Source: Candidatus Zhuqueibacterota bacterium
Lineage (GTDB): Bacteria; BS750m-G25
DNA length: 64,000 nucleotides
Direction: 5' to 3'
Assembly (NCBI GenBank): GCA_016783505.1
Contig: JADHWK010000002.1
Coordinates: 1 to 64,000, forward strand
The position numbers and the translations under genes were made by a program. This document shows, piece after piece, positions 9,715 through 19,163 of the stretch (its first letter is position 1; every line of letters starts with the position of its first letter). Below the pieces are notes generated by a model. That model saw only the letters and a program-made list of their open reading frames with translations. It was not told the DNA's origin and did no database searches.

Positions 9715-11367
9715 TTATTCAAACAATTCCTCCCACCGGTAGCTCGTCCATTCACACAAAGCCGCCTCGCGAATGTCGTATACCAGGTTTTCGTAAGCCA
9801 GATCAATAGTCATCTGATTCGGTCGGAAAATAATACTGTGTTCGGTGGTTCGGTTGCCGGAGACTTGAATAAGTTCGATAATCTCTGGAGTCCCAATACT
9901 TTTGCCATAAACCTTAAACGCAACCAACCGATCGGCCAGGTCCGCATACCTACGGCAGAATCGCACCGCATGGTTTGGAGAAACCCTATATTTCAGGTAA
10001 GTATTGGTACAGACAAGGTTGTAGGAGCAGGTAGGGCGCGCCTCATCCGGATAGCGCATGACACCGCCCTCCATATCTACTTCATAGATGGCGGCCGGGA
10101 CCTTCTGTCCAACGTATGGCGAAACAATGAACAAAATCTCCCCGCTGTTAAATGGCCCCCCTTTGGGTCCACGAAATGTCATCATGGCCTTCTCGGCCTC
10201 ACTAACGGTGTTTTTAGCACCTACTGTCTCCAGCACATCCCGCATAATTAGGGTGCCTGGCCGATAACCCGCGATCGCAGGATCCGATTTGCCGTTGCCG
10301 CTATGATCAAAAATCCCTACACCTTCCTCGTTCATCCCGGAGTAGGTACCTATAAAACCCGGCCACATAACTGAAACCCATTTTTTCTTCTTGGGTGAAG
10401 CTGGTTCAACGGCAAATATCAACACGGAAATGATGGTAGTTTTTCTCAAATCGATCTCGCCGTCCATATCTCGACCAATAATCAGTCCGTCTTTGAGCTC
10501 GTCATTTTCGGTGGCTTTTCCCCAGGCAGAGACACTGGAACATGATAAATCCTCCCCCCACCATTCTCCATAGGCATTAAGGGCATAAAGGTCACCCCGA
10601 ATCACTTCCCGACCCAATGCATCAATAAACATATTGGAACCGGAATCGCGCATCCCCTTTAGCATGGCATCCAGCTCTTCATTATCTTCTTCAGTAAAGA
10701 CGGACCTAGATTCGACAAAGGGAATGACGCTTTTTTCATAATAGGAAGCTGAACGAGCGACAAACTCCACATTGAAGAATTCGATCATGTCCCGAATTTG
10801 AGGGCCAACTAAAAATCCTTGGGCATAACCCCTCTCGGCTGGTTTTCCCCAGAGATGCAGCACCTTTTTATCCTTGATAGTCCTCAGGCTGCCGTGTTCG
10901 ATTCTTTTATCCTCTGTGGGAAAGGGTGTGGGACGTTTTAGGATGATGTTTATATTTTGTACTTGACTATCTTCGTTTATAGTAACCTCATCCAGCGAGC
11001 CGTTGTCAGCTGTATACCAACCCGTAGGTTCGGGAATATCATAATCTACTTCTCCGTTGCCGTTTATATCCATCCAGGCCCAAAGGGTGTAATTGGAGTC
11101 GGGTAAATCGGAAATGGTATACGGGCCTAGGCTGTGGGTGCGTACAGATGAGAAAGTGATAAGAGGCTCGTGCTCCCAGATGTAGCGATGTCTACGCAAA
11201 CCTTTAGGTACCGGATAGGCTCTCACATAAATGGCACCTCTTTGGCGACCTTTGTAGGTTACTTTGCCTGCAATGGAGCCAGCTAAGCTTGAGTTTACCC
11301 CGGTAACCGCTAGGGTGAATACCAGCAAAATTGCGGTAAATGTCAAATATCGCAAAAGGGTTCTCAT
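9715..11367 (-). CDS. Exported Ig-like plus Cys-Ntn hydrolase, paralogue 2
   Basis: Signal peptide ending SLA; WMDINGNG; CSSVSAWG; GRDMD; WPGFIGTYSGMNEEG; start placed at MRTLL. Confidence 0.75.
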   Translation of the reverse strand: MRTLLRYLTFTAILLVFTLAVTGVNSSLAGSIAGKVTYKGRQRGAIYVRAYPVPKGLRRHRYIWEHEPLITFSSVRTHSLGPYTISDLPDSNYTLWAWMDINGNGEVDYDIPEPTGWYTADNGSLDEVTINEDSQVQNINIILKRPTPFPTEDKRIEHGSLRTIKDKKVLHLWGKPAERGYAQGFLVGPQIRDMIEFFNVEFVARSASYYEKSVIPFVESRSVFTEEDNEELDAMLKGMRDSGSNMFIDALGREVIRGDLYALNAYGEWWGEDLSCSSVSAWGKATENDELKDGLIIGRDMDGEIDLRKTTIISVLIFAVEPASPKKKKWVSVMWPGFIGTYSGMNEEGVGIFDHSGNGKSDPAIAGYRPGTLIMRDVLETVGAKNTVSEAEKAMMTFRGPKGGPFNSGEILFIVSPYVGQKVPAAIYEVDMEGGVMRYPDEARPTCSYNLVCTNTYLKYRVSPNHAVRFCRRYADLADRLVAFKVYGKSIGTPEIIELIQVSGNRTTEHSIIFRPNQMTIDLAYENLVYDIREAALCEWTSYRWEELFE

Positions 11368-11438
11368 CTCCTTATCTCCTGAAATATTCATAAAGATTAA
11401 ACCGCAAATAGACCAACAGAATAAATGGCTCTGACAAA

Positions 11439-13133
11439 TTACTTCCCCTTGCCGAATATCTCATCAAAATGAAACGTTGTCCATTTAAGAAACGGGGCAT
11501 CCCATTTGTCAAACTTCAGATCATCATTAGCCACATCGAACGTCATTTCATTGGGACGGAAAATAATGCTGTGTTCGGTGGTGCCATGGGCCACGCTTTG
11601 CAACAAATTGATCACCTCTTTAGTGCCAACAGGTTTATTCGTGCGAGCCCAGGCTTCGGCCTTGTTAATGGCAACGGTGACTCGCCATTGTGTGGAATAA
11701 TATGGTATCTGGCCAAATACTTTACCCAGTTTATCGGGCGAAACACCAAATTTAAAAAAGTGATTGGAGCCGACAATATTAAACGGACTGCTGGTCGGTG
11801 GTTCATCTGGATAGCGTACCTTACCACCAAACCGGTTGCCTTCATAAACCACAGCCGGATATTCTTGCCCCCTATAAGGAGCAGCGATAAACATAACGGT
11901 CGGTGCACCACAGGATCCACCGCCGCTGGATCGGTAGTGATCGATCACCTTCACCGCATCCTCTACCATGTTCTCCGGTCCTACTTCTTCCAGAATGGCT
12001 CGCATAATGAAGGTAACCGGTGTGTGATTCACGGTGATGGGCCCCGGTTTCTTACTGCCATAATTCAGCATGCAGTAAACACCGTCTTCATTAATGCCGG
12101 AATAGGTACCGATAAAGCCAGGCCATTTGAACGAAATCCATTTCTTTTTGCCCATAGGTTCAAAGGCAAAGATCAAAAAATCAATGACCGTAGTTTTTCG
12201 GATGTCACATTCACCGTCCATATTTCTTCCGGTAATGAGACCGCCCTCAAGTTCGCTATTTTCGGTCGCTTTTCCCCAGAAGGCACACTGAGTACAGGCC
12301 AGGCGGGACATCCAGAATTCTCCATAGGCATTGATCGCCAGCAAATCTATCCAGTCAATCTCTCTACTCAAGGGTTCGATGTACAAATCCGTACCACTAT
12401 CACGCATACCCTGAATCATGGCATCCAGTTCAGCCCTCAGATCCTTGGTTAACGTGATACGGGATTTAAGCACAGGAATAATTTTTTCTTTGTATTTGGT
12501 GGCTGAACCTACTTCATCTTCCAAGGTGAAAAATTCAAAGAAGTCCATTATTTGAGGGGCGATCAAATAGCCATGGGCATAACCCATCTCCACCGGCGTA
12601 CCCCAGAGGTGAAGCACCGGATACCCTCTTATCCTTTTGAGTGCCCCGTGTTCCGTTTTTAATTCTCTGTCAGGAAAAGGTCTTACCTCCCGCAGAATAA
12701 TGTTCGCTACTTGGGTATTTTCTTCCTGGGTTAGCGTTATCGGTTCCATTCTACCGTAATCCGAGCTATACCACCCGATGGGTTCCGGGGGATCAAAATT
12801 GACATGTTCGTTGTCATCCACATCCATCCAACCGTAGATGGCATATTGGGCATCGGGGAGGTCAGTTATGGTAAAATCTCCGGGATTGGTGAGTTTAATA
12901 AGCTTGAAATAGTCGTGCATCCAAATATCAGGCCTTTGGAATTTCGCTTCTGTACCGGGTGCGGGCAATTGGGATTGAAAAACACGGAGATAGACGGCAC
13001 CCTTTTTTGCCCCTTTATAAATAACCTTGCCGGAAATGGTACCTGCATGAAGAGAGGATAGGAGGATAAAAGTGGAAAGCACTATCAAAAACATCGAATG
13101 GATAAACATGAATTTAGTTGAAAGTTTCCGCAC
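11439..13133 (-). CDS. Exported Ig-like plus Cys-Ntn hydrolase, paralogue 1
   Basis: GTG start with AAGGAG RBS; signal ending LHA; WMDVDDNE; CTQCAFWG; GRNMD; WPGFIGTYSGINEDG; GSNHF. Confidence 0.75.
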   Translation of the reverse strand: MRKLSTKFMFIHSMFLIVLSTFILLSSLHAGTISGKVIYKGAKKGAVYLRVFQSQLPAPGTEAKFQRPDIWMHDYFKLIKLTNPGDFTITDLPDAQYAIYGWMDVDDNEHVNFDPPEPIGWYSSDYGRMEPITLTQEENTQVANIILREVRPFPDRELKTEHGALKRIRGYPVLHLWGTPVEMGYAHGYLIAPQIMDFFEFFTLEDEVGSATKYKEKIIPVLKSRITLTKDLRAELDAMIQGMRDSGTDLYIEPLSREIDWIDLLAINAYGEFWMSRLACTQCAFWGKATENSELEGGLITGRNMDGECDIRKTTVIDFLIFAFEPMGKKKWISFKWPGFIGTYSGINEDGVYCMLNYGSKKPGPITVNHTPVTFIMRAILEEVGPENMVEDAVKVIDHYRSSGGGSCGAPTVMFIAAPYRGQEYPAVVYEGNRFGGKVRYPDEPPTSSPFNIVGSNHFFKFGVSPDKLGKVFGQIPYYSTQWRVTVAINKAEAWARTNKPVGTKEVINLLQSVAHGTTEHSIIFRPNEMTFDVANDDLKFDKWDAPFLKWTTFHFDEIFGKGK

Positions 13134-13263
13134 GTTTAACTCCTTACTATTTTAATTCTAACTATAAACAAATGGTTTAAGAGGTTCAAACCCCTTTGAG
13201 ATCCCCATACTGTCGAATTTATCTGACTATTTCTCTGGGATTATAAGCCAACACCCGGAAGCC

Positions 13264-14793
13264 TTAAATTCTTTCATTTTCTTGCAAAAAGACTGTCTTT
13301 GAATTGTTATAATTAAAATTCCTGATTAATTCAAAGACCGAAGGAACCTTTTCCGATAACCTTTGAATAACCTCTATGGATATAGATTTTTTACTAAAGG
13401 GTACTCTTTTGACGTACTCCTGCATGAAACCCTCATTCCTGCCATATTTATATTCATATGTAAAGTCTCCTGATGAATCCACCTGAATATGGCTGTTCAA
13501 TTTATTTGGCACACTCACATAAAATTCACTTTTGTAAAAATTTTCGTCATTAAATAAATCAATTTCCACCAGATATTCATAAAGCTCCTTTGTTGTATTA
13601 ACTGCCGGATCAACTAATTCAATATGTCTGGCCATGAAAGGCCGGTATAAGTATTCACCATTTTCACGATAATTATAGAGTTCCTCAAGCTTCTTTTGAA
13701 AAGTTTCTCTATAAAAGGGATAATGGGTACATCCTAAGATGATGACTTTCAAGGGTTTTGCCCTGTGTGTTTTTCGTATTTCTTCCAGGAGGGAAACCAG
13801 GTGATAGGAGATGTAATTTTTGACGGAATTAATCTGTAGATCCTCTGGGTTCCCGACGTCACCCTTAAAAAGCATTTTATTTTTTTTCCATTCAAAACCG
13901 TACCTCTGCAATATTGACTGGTCTATCCTGGCATCGGGATTTTTTTCTAATGGTCCTCTATATTCCCTTCTCGGTAGGGTGGCATCAGGGGCAATATATT
14001 CATGAGAGCCGTCAATGGCCCCGGCCAGGCCGACCCCGGCCTGCTGAAAAACTGCAATGTCACCGGTGTAATTCATGGTAACCCTCTGGGCATTTAGCGA
14101 TTTCACATATCCTAAAGAGGCAACCGTGCCCGCCGTGGCCATGATGCCGATGCTCCCGTCCTCATCCTTCTGGAAGAGTGATAACGCTGCCCTAACCCCG
14201 GCGCCGATAACACCTATCACTTTAATCTCAATGCCCGCCTTGTCCATAAATTTCTCAATATCCGCTTTTCCATAGGCTGTTGCGGTGTTGCAGGCAATGA
14301 CAATGGCCTTTACCGGCACCTTATAAGTTTTGTACACCCTTGCATCCCCGGAGGGATAATATTTGTTACCCAGTAAAAACTGTATGTCCTTGATCACATG
14401 TTCCTTTAACAGGTTAGTTTTGTTTTCCCGGGGATAATTGCCGTAAGGCATGTTGGCCTGATCGCCAAGATAGATAAAATATTCTTCTTGGAAATCCCTG
14501 AGGCCGTCACCGCCTTTTTTAAAGGAATGACTTTTATTATCATATTGATCGAGGTTGATAATGGCATCCAGAACCGTGAGGCCGCCGGTTCCCGAATCGA
14601 ACACCCCGATGGGCAACCTTTCATTAAGCTCTGGATAATTCTCGGTATCCAGATAAAAAAAACTCTCCTTCTCATTTAATATGGCGTCAACGATATTGGT
14701 TTCTTTAATATGCGAATTTGTCTGACATTGGATAAAAGGGATGATGGCAAGAAGGGTGATCACCCAGCAGCTTGATTTTTTCAATACGACCAT
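13264..14793 (-). CDS. Enlarged, probably exported Asp/Glu racemase (MurI-like)
   Basis: IGVFDSGTGGLTVL, YLGDQANMPYG, ACNTATA, LGCTHYP; hydrophobic N-terminus ending IQC; ~510 aa; start placed at MVVLK. Confidence 0.8.
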   Translation of the reverse strand: MVVLKKSSCWVITLLAIIPFIQCQTNSHIKETNIVDAILNEKESFFYLDTENYPELNERLPIGVFDSGTGGLTVLDAIINLDQYDNKSHSFKKGGDGLRDFQEEYFIYLGDQANMPYGNYPRENKTNLLKEHVIKDIQFLLGNKYYPSGDARVYKTYKVPVKAIVIACNTATAYGKADIEKFMDKAGIEIKVIGVIGAGVRAALSLFQKDEDGSIGIMATAGTVASLGYVKSLNAQRVTMNYTGDIAVFQQAGVGLAGAIDGSHEYIAPDATLPRREYRGPLEKNPDARIDQSILQRYGFEWKKNKMLFKGDVGNPEDLQINSVKNYISYHLVSLLEEIRKTHRAKPLKVIILGCTHYPFYRETFQKKLEELYNYRENGEYLYRPFMARHIELVDPAVNTTKELYEYLVEIDLFNDENFYKSEFYVSVPNKLNSHIQVDSSGDFTYEYKYGRNEGFMQEYVKRVPFSKKSISIEVIQRLSEKVPSVFELIRNFNYNNSKTVFLQENERI

Positions 14794-15017
14794 AATATTA
14801 CCTTCCTTAAGAATTGCTTTATAATTCAAAGAACGTCCGATCTGTCAGTGACCCGTCTTGGAATCAGCCAGGAAATAATCTGCCATTTCTCGGGAGAATG
14901 GATATATTTATCATGCTGAAGCGTAGTGGAAGTCCCGACCCATCGGGAACTTTGGTCTTCAAAAGGTGTCCTCTGATAATGGTGAAGGATACACCTTTTA
15001 AAGACGATATTAAAATT

Positions 15018-15743
15018 TTATTTCAATTTTAACTTCCAAAGATAATGATAAAAAGGGGAAACGAGACCAAAGCCAAACATTAAATCGCCAACCAACTCCC
15101 TGCTGAAAAGACAGTTATCAATCTTTCTATTACAAACCAAATAGAGATTTCTTCTTTGATACCAATTTTGGATTTCTTCAGGTTTATTGTCATCTAGTAT
15201 CCTTCTATATTTCTCCCCTTCTACTACAAAAACCCGTTGTTTCGAATAGAACGAAATTGCCTTTAGAAATTCTTTTGGTTTCTTGTCAATCATCTCTCGG
15301 AATCTATCCATGGTATCTTTTGAAGCACTGTAAAATCCCATCCCATAGCGGTATGAATCTGGGGAAATTTCAAAGAAATAAGCTGGAGCATCCTTCCAGT
15401 CTTTATTTGGCCTTTTAAAAGTTATCCACATTGTAGTTTTGTAAAGGGATTTTTGTTTAGAAAATCTTGTATCACGATAAATCCTAGATATTGTCTTATT
15501 CACCGCAGGACTTATCTCAAAATACGGGTCAATGGTCAGCATAAATTCACCTATATCCACAACTAAATTTCGTAAGGGTTCCAATAAATATTTTTGATAA
15601 TTCTGCCTGTGTGATTCAAACCAAACCTTGTTGTTATTTACTTTCAGGTTCTTTAAGAAATCCGATGTCTTTGGTGAGAAGCCATAGAACATGCATGCTT
15701 TTTTATTGTCCATCTTTATATCCATATGTGATGAATTGATCAA
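15018..15743 (-). CDS. DUF2461 family protein
   Basis: FLKNLKVNNNKVWF, SRIYRDTRFS..KSLYK; start uncertain. Confidence 0.85.
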   Translation of the reverse strand: MINSSHMDIKMDNKKACMFYGFSPKTSDFLKNLKVNNNKVWFESHRQNYQKYLLEPLRNLVVDIGEFMLTIDPYFEISPAVNKTISRIYRDTRFSKQKSLYKTTMWITFKRPNKDWKDAPAYFFEISPDSYRYGMGFYSASKDTMDRFREMIDKKPKEFLKAISFYSKQRVFVVEGEKYRRILDDNKPEEIQNWYQRRNLYLVCNRKIDNCLFSRELVGDLMFGFGLVSPFYHYLWKLKLK

Positions 15744-15804
15744 AAATTAGATTCTGTCAGGTTTTAAAGATTATCCTTCCTGCTCGCTTTTCTCTCCTTT
15801 TGAG

Positions 15805-16419
15805 TCATTCTCTTACAGGCACAACATCTAAGCTTCTCCAAAGATACCAGGTAGCCACTGAACAATAAGGTTCCCATTTCTTAGCAAGCATCCTTAACTT
15901 GCTTTCGGAACGGAAATTTTCTATACCATAATGCCGCTGAACCGCTTTCTGGAACCCGAGATCATCAACAGGTAATACATTGGGTCTGCCCAGAGAAAAG
16001 ATCAAAAACATCTCTGCAGTCCAGCGACCAATACCTTTCACTTTTGTCAGATGCTCGATAATCTCTTCATCTGACATATCGGGAAATTTGGATGGTGTAA
16101 CAATACCATCTAGAAATTTATGTGAAAGGTCCTTTAAATATCGCGCCTTCTGGTTTGATATACCAACCTCCCGTAATTTTCCATCCGGTGTACTGAGTAC
16201 GTCTTTCGGGTCTGGAAAAGAGTAATTTGGGTAAATAGCCGTAAAGCGCTTCGCGATAGTACCAGCGGCCTTTATAGATAGCTGCTGATAGATTATTGAC
16301 TCTGTTAGTGCCTTAAAGGCATCCTGTTCGAGTTCGAGCGTACATGTCCCCACCCTATTGATGACTTCACGAAGTATCGGGTCCTTTGTTTTTAATACCG
16401 CTACTGCTTTTTCAAACAA
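15805..16419 (-). CDS. DNA-3-methyladenine glycosylase II (AlkA/HhH-GPD)
   Basis: IIYQQLS, KGIGRWTAEMFLIFSLGRPNVLPVDDLG, WEPYCSVATWYLW. Confidence 0.9.
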   Translation of the reverse strand: MFEKAVAVLKTKDPILREVINRVGTCTLELEQDAFKALTESIIYQQLSIKAAGTIAKRFTAIYPNYSFPDPKDVLSTPDGKLREVGISNQKARYLKDLSHKFLDGIVTPSKFPDMSDEEIIEHLTKVKGIGRWTAEMFLIFSLGRPNVLPVDDLGFQKAVQRHYGIENFRSESKLRMLAKKWEPYCSVATWYLWRSLDVVPVRE

Positions 16420-16773
16420 TTATTTGCCTCCTTTTTTCTTGCCAACGGGTAACTTCCGTCTCGCTACCGCTAATGCCTTTTTTGCCCACAGCGGCAGTGA
16501 TTGGTGATTTTCCAATACCTCAACTGGGACTTCGTAGTACTGCATCGCATAGGACATATCACCATAGGGCTTAAATGGTCCCATACCAGCCGCTTCGTAA
16601 TCTGGCCGATTTGAGTCATCAACCTTGAAATACAAAGTATCGTTAGCAATCAATCCAAAGAACAATCCATCAAAATAGAGTCCAACTCCACCGAACATGC
16701 TTTTTGCGGTGACTTGCCCCATACATCCAAGTTGTTCCAGTACGTAGTCCCGAAAACTTTCACTGACTGACAT
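16420..16773 (-). CDS. TfoX/Sxy N-terminal family protein
   Basis: KSMFGGVGLY..FFGLI..LYFKVD..YYEVP; start placed at MSVSE. Confidence 0.88.
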   Translation of the reverse strand: MSVSESFRDYVLEQLGCMGQVTAKSMFGGVGLYFDGLFFGLIANDTLYFKVDDSNRPDYEAAGMGPFKPYGDMSYAMQYYEVPVEVLENHQSLPLWAKKALAVARRKLPVGKKKGGK

Positions 16774-16785
16774 TGCGTTCAATCC

Positions 16786-17136
16786 TTATTGTGTGGTTAC
16801 TGACACTGAACGATAACGGTCTCGGTCGGAAAAATAATCAACTGCTCGGAAACCAGGGTAGATTCGCGCACAATGGACAGTTCCAGCCGGAATGAAATAG
16901 GTATCACCACGGCTGTACGTCCGAGTTTGCTCCCCAATTGTCAGTTCAATCTTTCCATCAATCACCACGCCCCACTGGTCTCCATGTGAGTGTTCAGGTA
17001 CGGGCGCCTCAATGTCCGATTCGATAAATAAAATTTGTCCTGATTCACTTTCAAGAAGCAAGCCACGAGTACCTACGAAGGGTAAATCGGCTTCAGAAAG
17101 ATTTTGCACAAAGGCTGGAAACTCGGATGAACTCAT
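16786..17136 (-). CDS. Cupin domain protein
   Basis: PEHSHGDQWGVVIDG..GDTYFIPAGTVH. Confidence 0.85.
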   Translation of the reverse strand: MSSSEFPAFVQNLSEADLPFVGTRGLLLESESGQILFIESDIEAPVPEHSHGDQWGVVIDGKIELTIGEQTRTYSRGDTYFIPAGTVHCARIYPGFRAVDYFSDRDRYRSVSVTTQ

Positions 17137-17300
17137 GATTTCTCTCCTTATACCTTATCTATTCTAGAATCTCCCATAGGCTTTGCATCCTTCATCTTTT
17201 ATTCTATTTTCCAAGCCAACTGCATATAAAGTTTTTATATGACGTTGTCCATATATTATATTTTCCTAATTTTATTCATGAGCTATTCTTTGCTAACCTT

Positions 17301-18089
17301 TTACAATTTCCTAACCCTCTTTGCGATCTTTTTCTTTATTTTCTCATAAGACGGGGGTGGCCCAGTTCTCACCTCTTTATCGTCAATATACAAAGCATCT
17401 GCAATTCCCCATTCCAAAAGGACCTCCCTGTCAAACGTGTTTATCCCGCGAAATACTACCTTATCCCCAAATTCTGAGGCGGCTCTTTTAGCCCTTTCAA
17501 AGACCAGATTTTGAGCTGGGCACCATCCGTTCAGGAAGGCTGTCACTGTTACCTTGCCTGGTGACGTTTCTGGTTTTTTCTTTTCTTTTATCCACTTGGG
17601 AGGGATAGCATCGTCGGTGGTAGGTTTCCATAAGAGAACCTGTCCCAAAATCCCCTGTTTATCCACCTTGGTGTATCCTTGCTTTTTGAACCACGATGCC
17701 TTCATCCAGAACGGCAAGGGAATTCCCCAGGCCGCCATACCCTTTGCGCCTTTGGATTTTGCATCAGTCTCAGCAGCCTGAAGCAATGCCTTGCCCATGC
17801 CTTTCTTCTGGAAGTTCCCCCTTCCCTTTTTATACCCATGAACCCAGATACAATTGATGAAATATAGGCCACTACCTTCAGCAAAAGATTGCTCTATGGG
17901 GACATATTGAATCATTCCTCCAACTTGTCCAATATCATCAACCGCCAGTTTCACCCTGAGGCCTTTATCCTCCATTTTATTGTACCAGACCTCTTTGTGG
18001 TTCCCCGCCTCTTTGATCTCTTCTGACCAATCTTCGAGACAAAGGAAATATAATTTCTTGTATTCATCTGTTAGATCAACAATTTTCAT
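17301..18089 (-). CDS. GNAT N-acetyltransferase with thioredoxin-like C-terminal domain
   Basis: INCIWV, FQKKGMGKALL motif A, FKKQGY; C-terminal NGWCP. Confidence 0.8.
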   Translation of the reverse strand: MKIVDLTDEYKKLYFLCLEDWSEEIKEAGNHKEVWYNKMEDKGLRVKLAVDDIGQVGGMIQYVPIEQSFAEGSGLYFINCIWVHGYKKGRGNFQKKGMGKALLQAAETDAKSKGAKGMAAWGIPLPFWMKASWFKKQGYTKVDKQGILGQVLLWKPTTDDAIPPKWIKEKKKPETSPGKVTVTAFLNGWCPAQNLVFERAKRAASEFGDKVVFRGINTFDREVLLEWGIADALYIDDKEVRTGPPPSYEKIKKKIAKRVRKL

Positions 18090-18338
18090 TTTAATGCCTC
18101 CGAATGTTCATAGTACCTTGAGAATAGACGTCAATCAGTTAACCATCTAGGATCGGTGAGAAAAAATTTTGCCATTTTCGGGAAATCAGCCAAGCTAGTC
18201 AGCTTAGCCAAGTCGGTCGGGCGCCTGACATATGCCTAACTAATGTATGATTGATAGGATATTCTTTTTCCTGCTAAGCGTAGCGGAAATCCCCATCCAT
18301 TGAGGACCTTGTCCTTTTTAAAGGGGTGATATACGAAG

Positions 18339-19034
18339 TCAATCATCCGTTTCAATAGTTACACGGGGGATAATCTCGCAAAACAGGCTTGATTCATCCA
18401 CCTCTACAATCCGTGCATCTACGTTTAATTCCGCGGTCAATGATAGGAATCGGTGTGGCTGCACTGTTGTTGCTGTGAAGCCGTCCTTGCATACAATCAA
18501 ACCGCGGCGCGTCTTTTTGCGGTCAATTTCTCCCAGGAGCCCGGCTTCCGACTGCAGTTGAAACCATTCCAATCGATCTTTCCAGAATTTATCGGAATAG
18601 CTTGAAAAGAGGACGGTTCCTCCAGGTTTGGCCACGCGAATGCTTTCCCGGATTAAGTCTTGTTGATTCACATGGAATGCCGATATTCCGTTCTGGATGC
18701 AGATGACCCGGTCGAAAATACGGTCGCGGAAGGCAAGTTGAACCGCACTCATATTAAGCAGATGGAATTTTGAAACAATGTGGTACATTCCCCGTCCGAG
18801 TAGCAAACTGGCAAGAGAAGTATCAATTCCAATAACCCATCCGGATTTTTGGGCGAGGCGGGAGAGTATTCGCCCATAACCACAGCCCAGTTCCAGAACC
18901 ATGTCGCCGGGGCGGATTTTTCGGAGAACATAGTTCACCTCCGCCTTCAGGTATTGCCGAACCCGCGGAGGGGCGATTTCGTAGCAACGCTTTAGCCGTT
19001 CGGCCGAGAGTTTATCATTGTAATAGCCGATCAC
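18339..19034 (-). CDS. Class I SAM-dependent methyltransferase
   Basis: VLELGCGYG, GIDTS, RVAKPGG. Confidence 0.85.
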   Translation of the reverse strand: MIGYYNDKLSAERLKRCYEIAPPRVRQYLKAEVNYVLRKIRPGDMVLELGCGYGRILSRLAQKSGWVIGIDTSLASLLLGRGMYHIVSKFHLLNMSAVQLAFRDRIFDRVICIQNGISAFHVNQQDLIRESIRVAKPGGTVLFSSYSDKFWKDRLEWFQLQSEAGLLGEIDRKKTRRGLIVCKDGFTATTVQPHRFLSLTAELNVDARIVEVDESSLFCEIIPRVTIETDD

Positions 19035-19163
19035 ATTCCCATTCTCTAGTGATGATTGGAATATCCGAGGGGTCTACCTCCAGTAAGCTTAGGCCAGGTT
19101 TCAACGCTCATTTCAGATAGTTCACATAAAACTTCTTTGGAGATTCTGCCTGCACTCTTAAAT

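Noticed and set aside
11469-12452. 327-aa plus-strand ORF
   Set aside because: Antisense shadow of an Ntn-hydrolase paralogue; no recognisable motifs.
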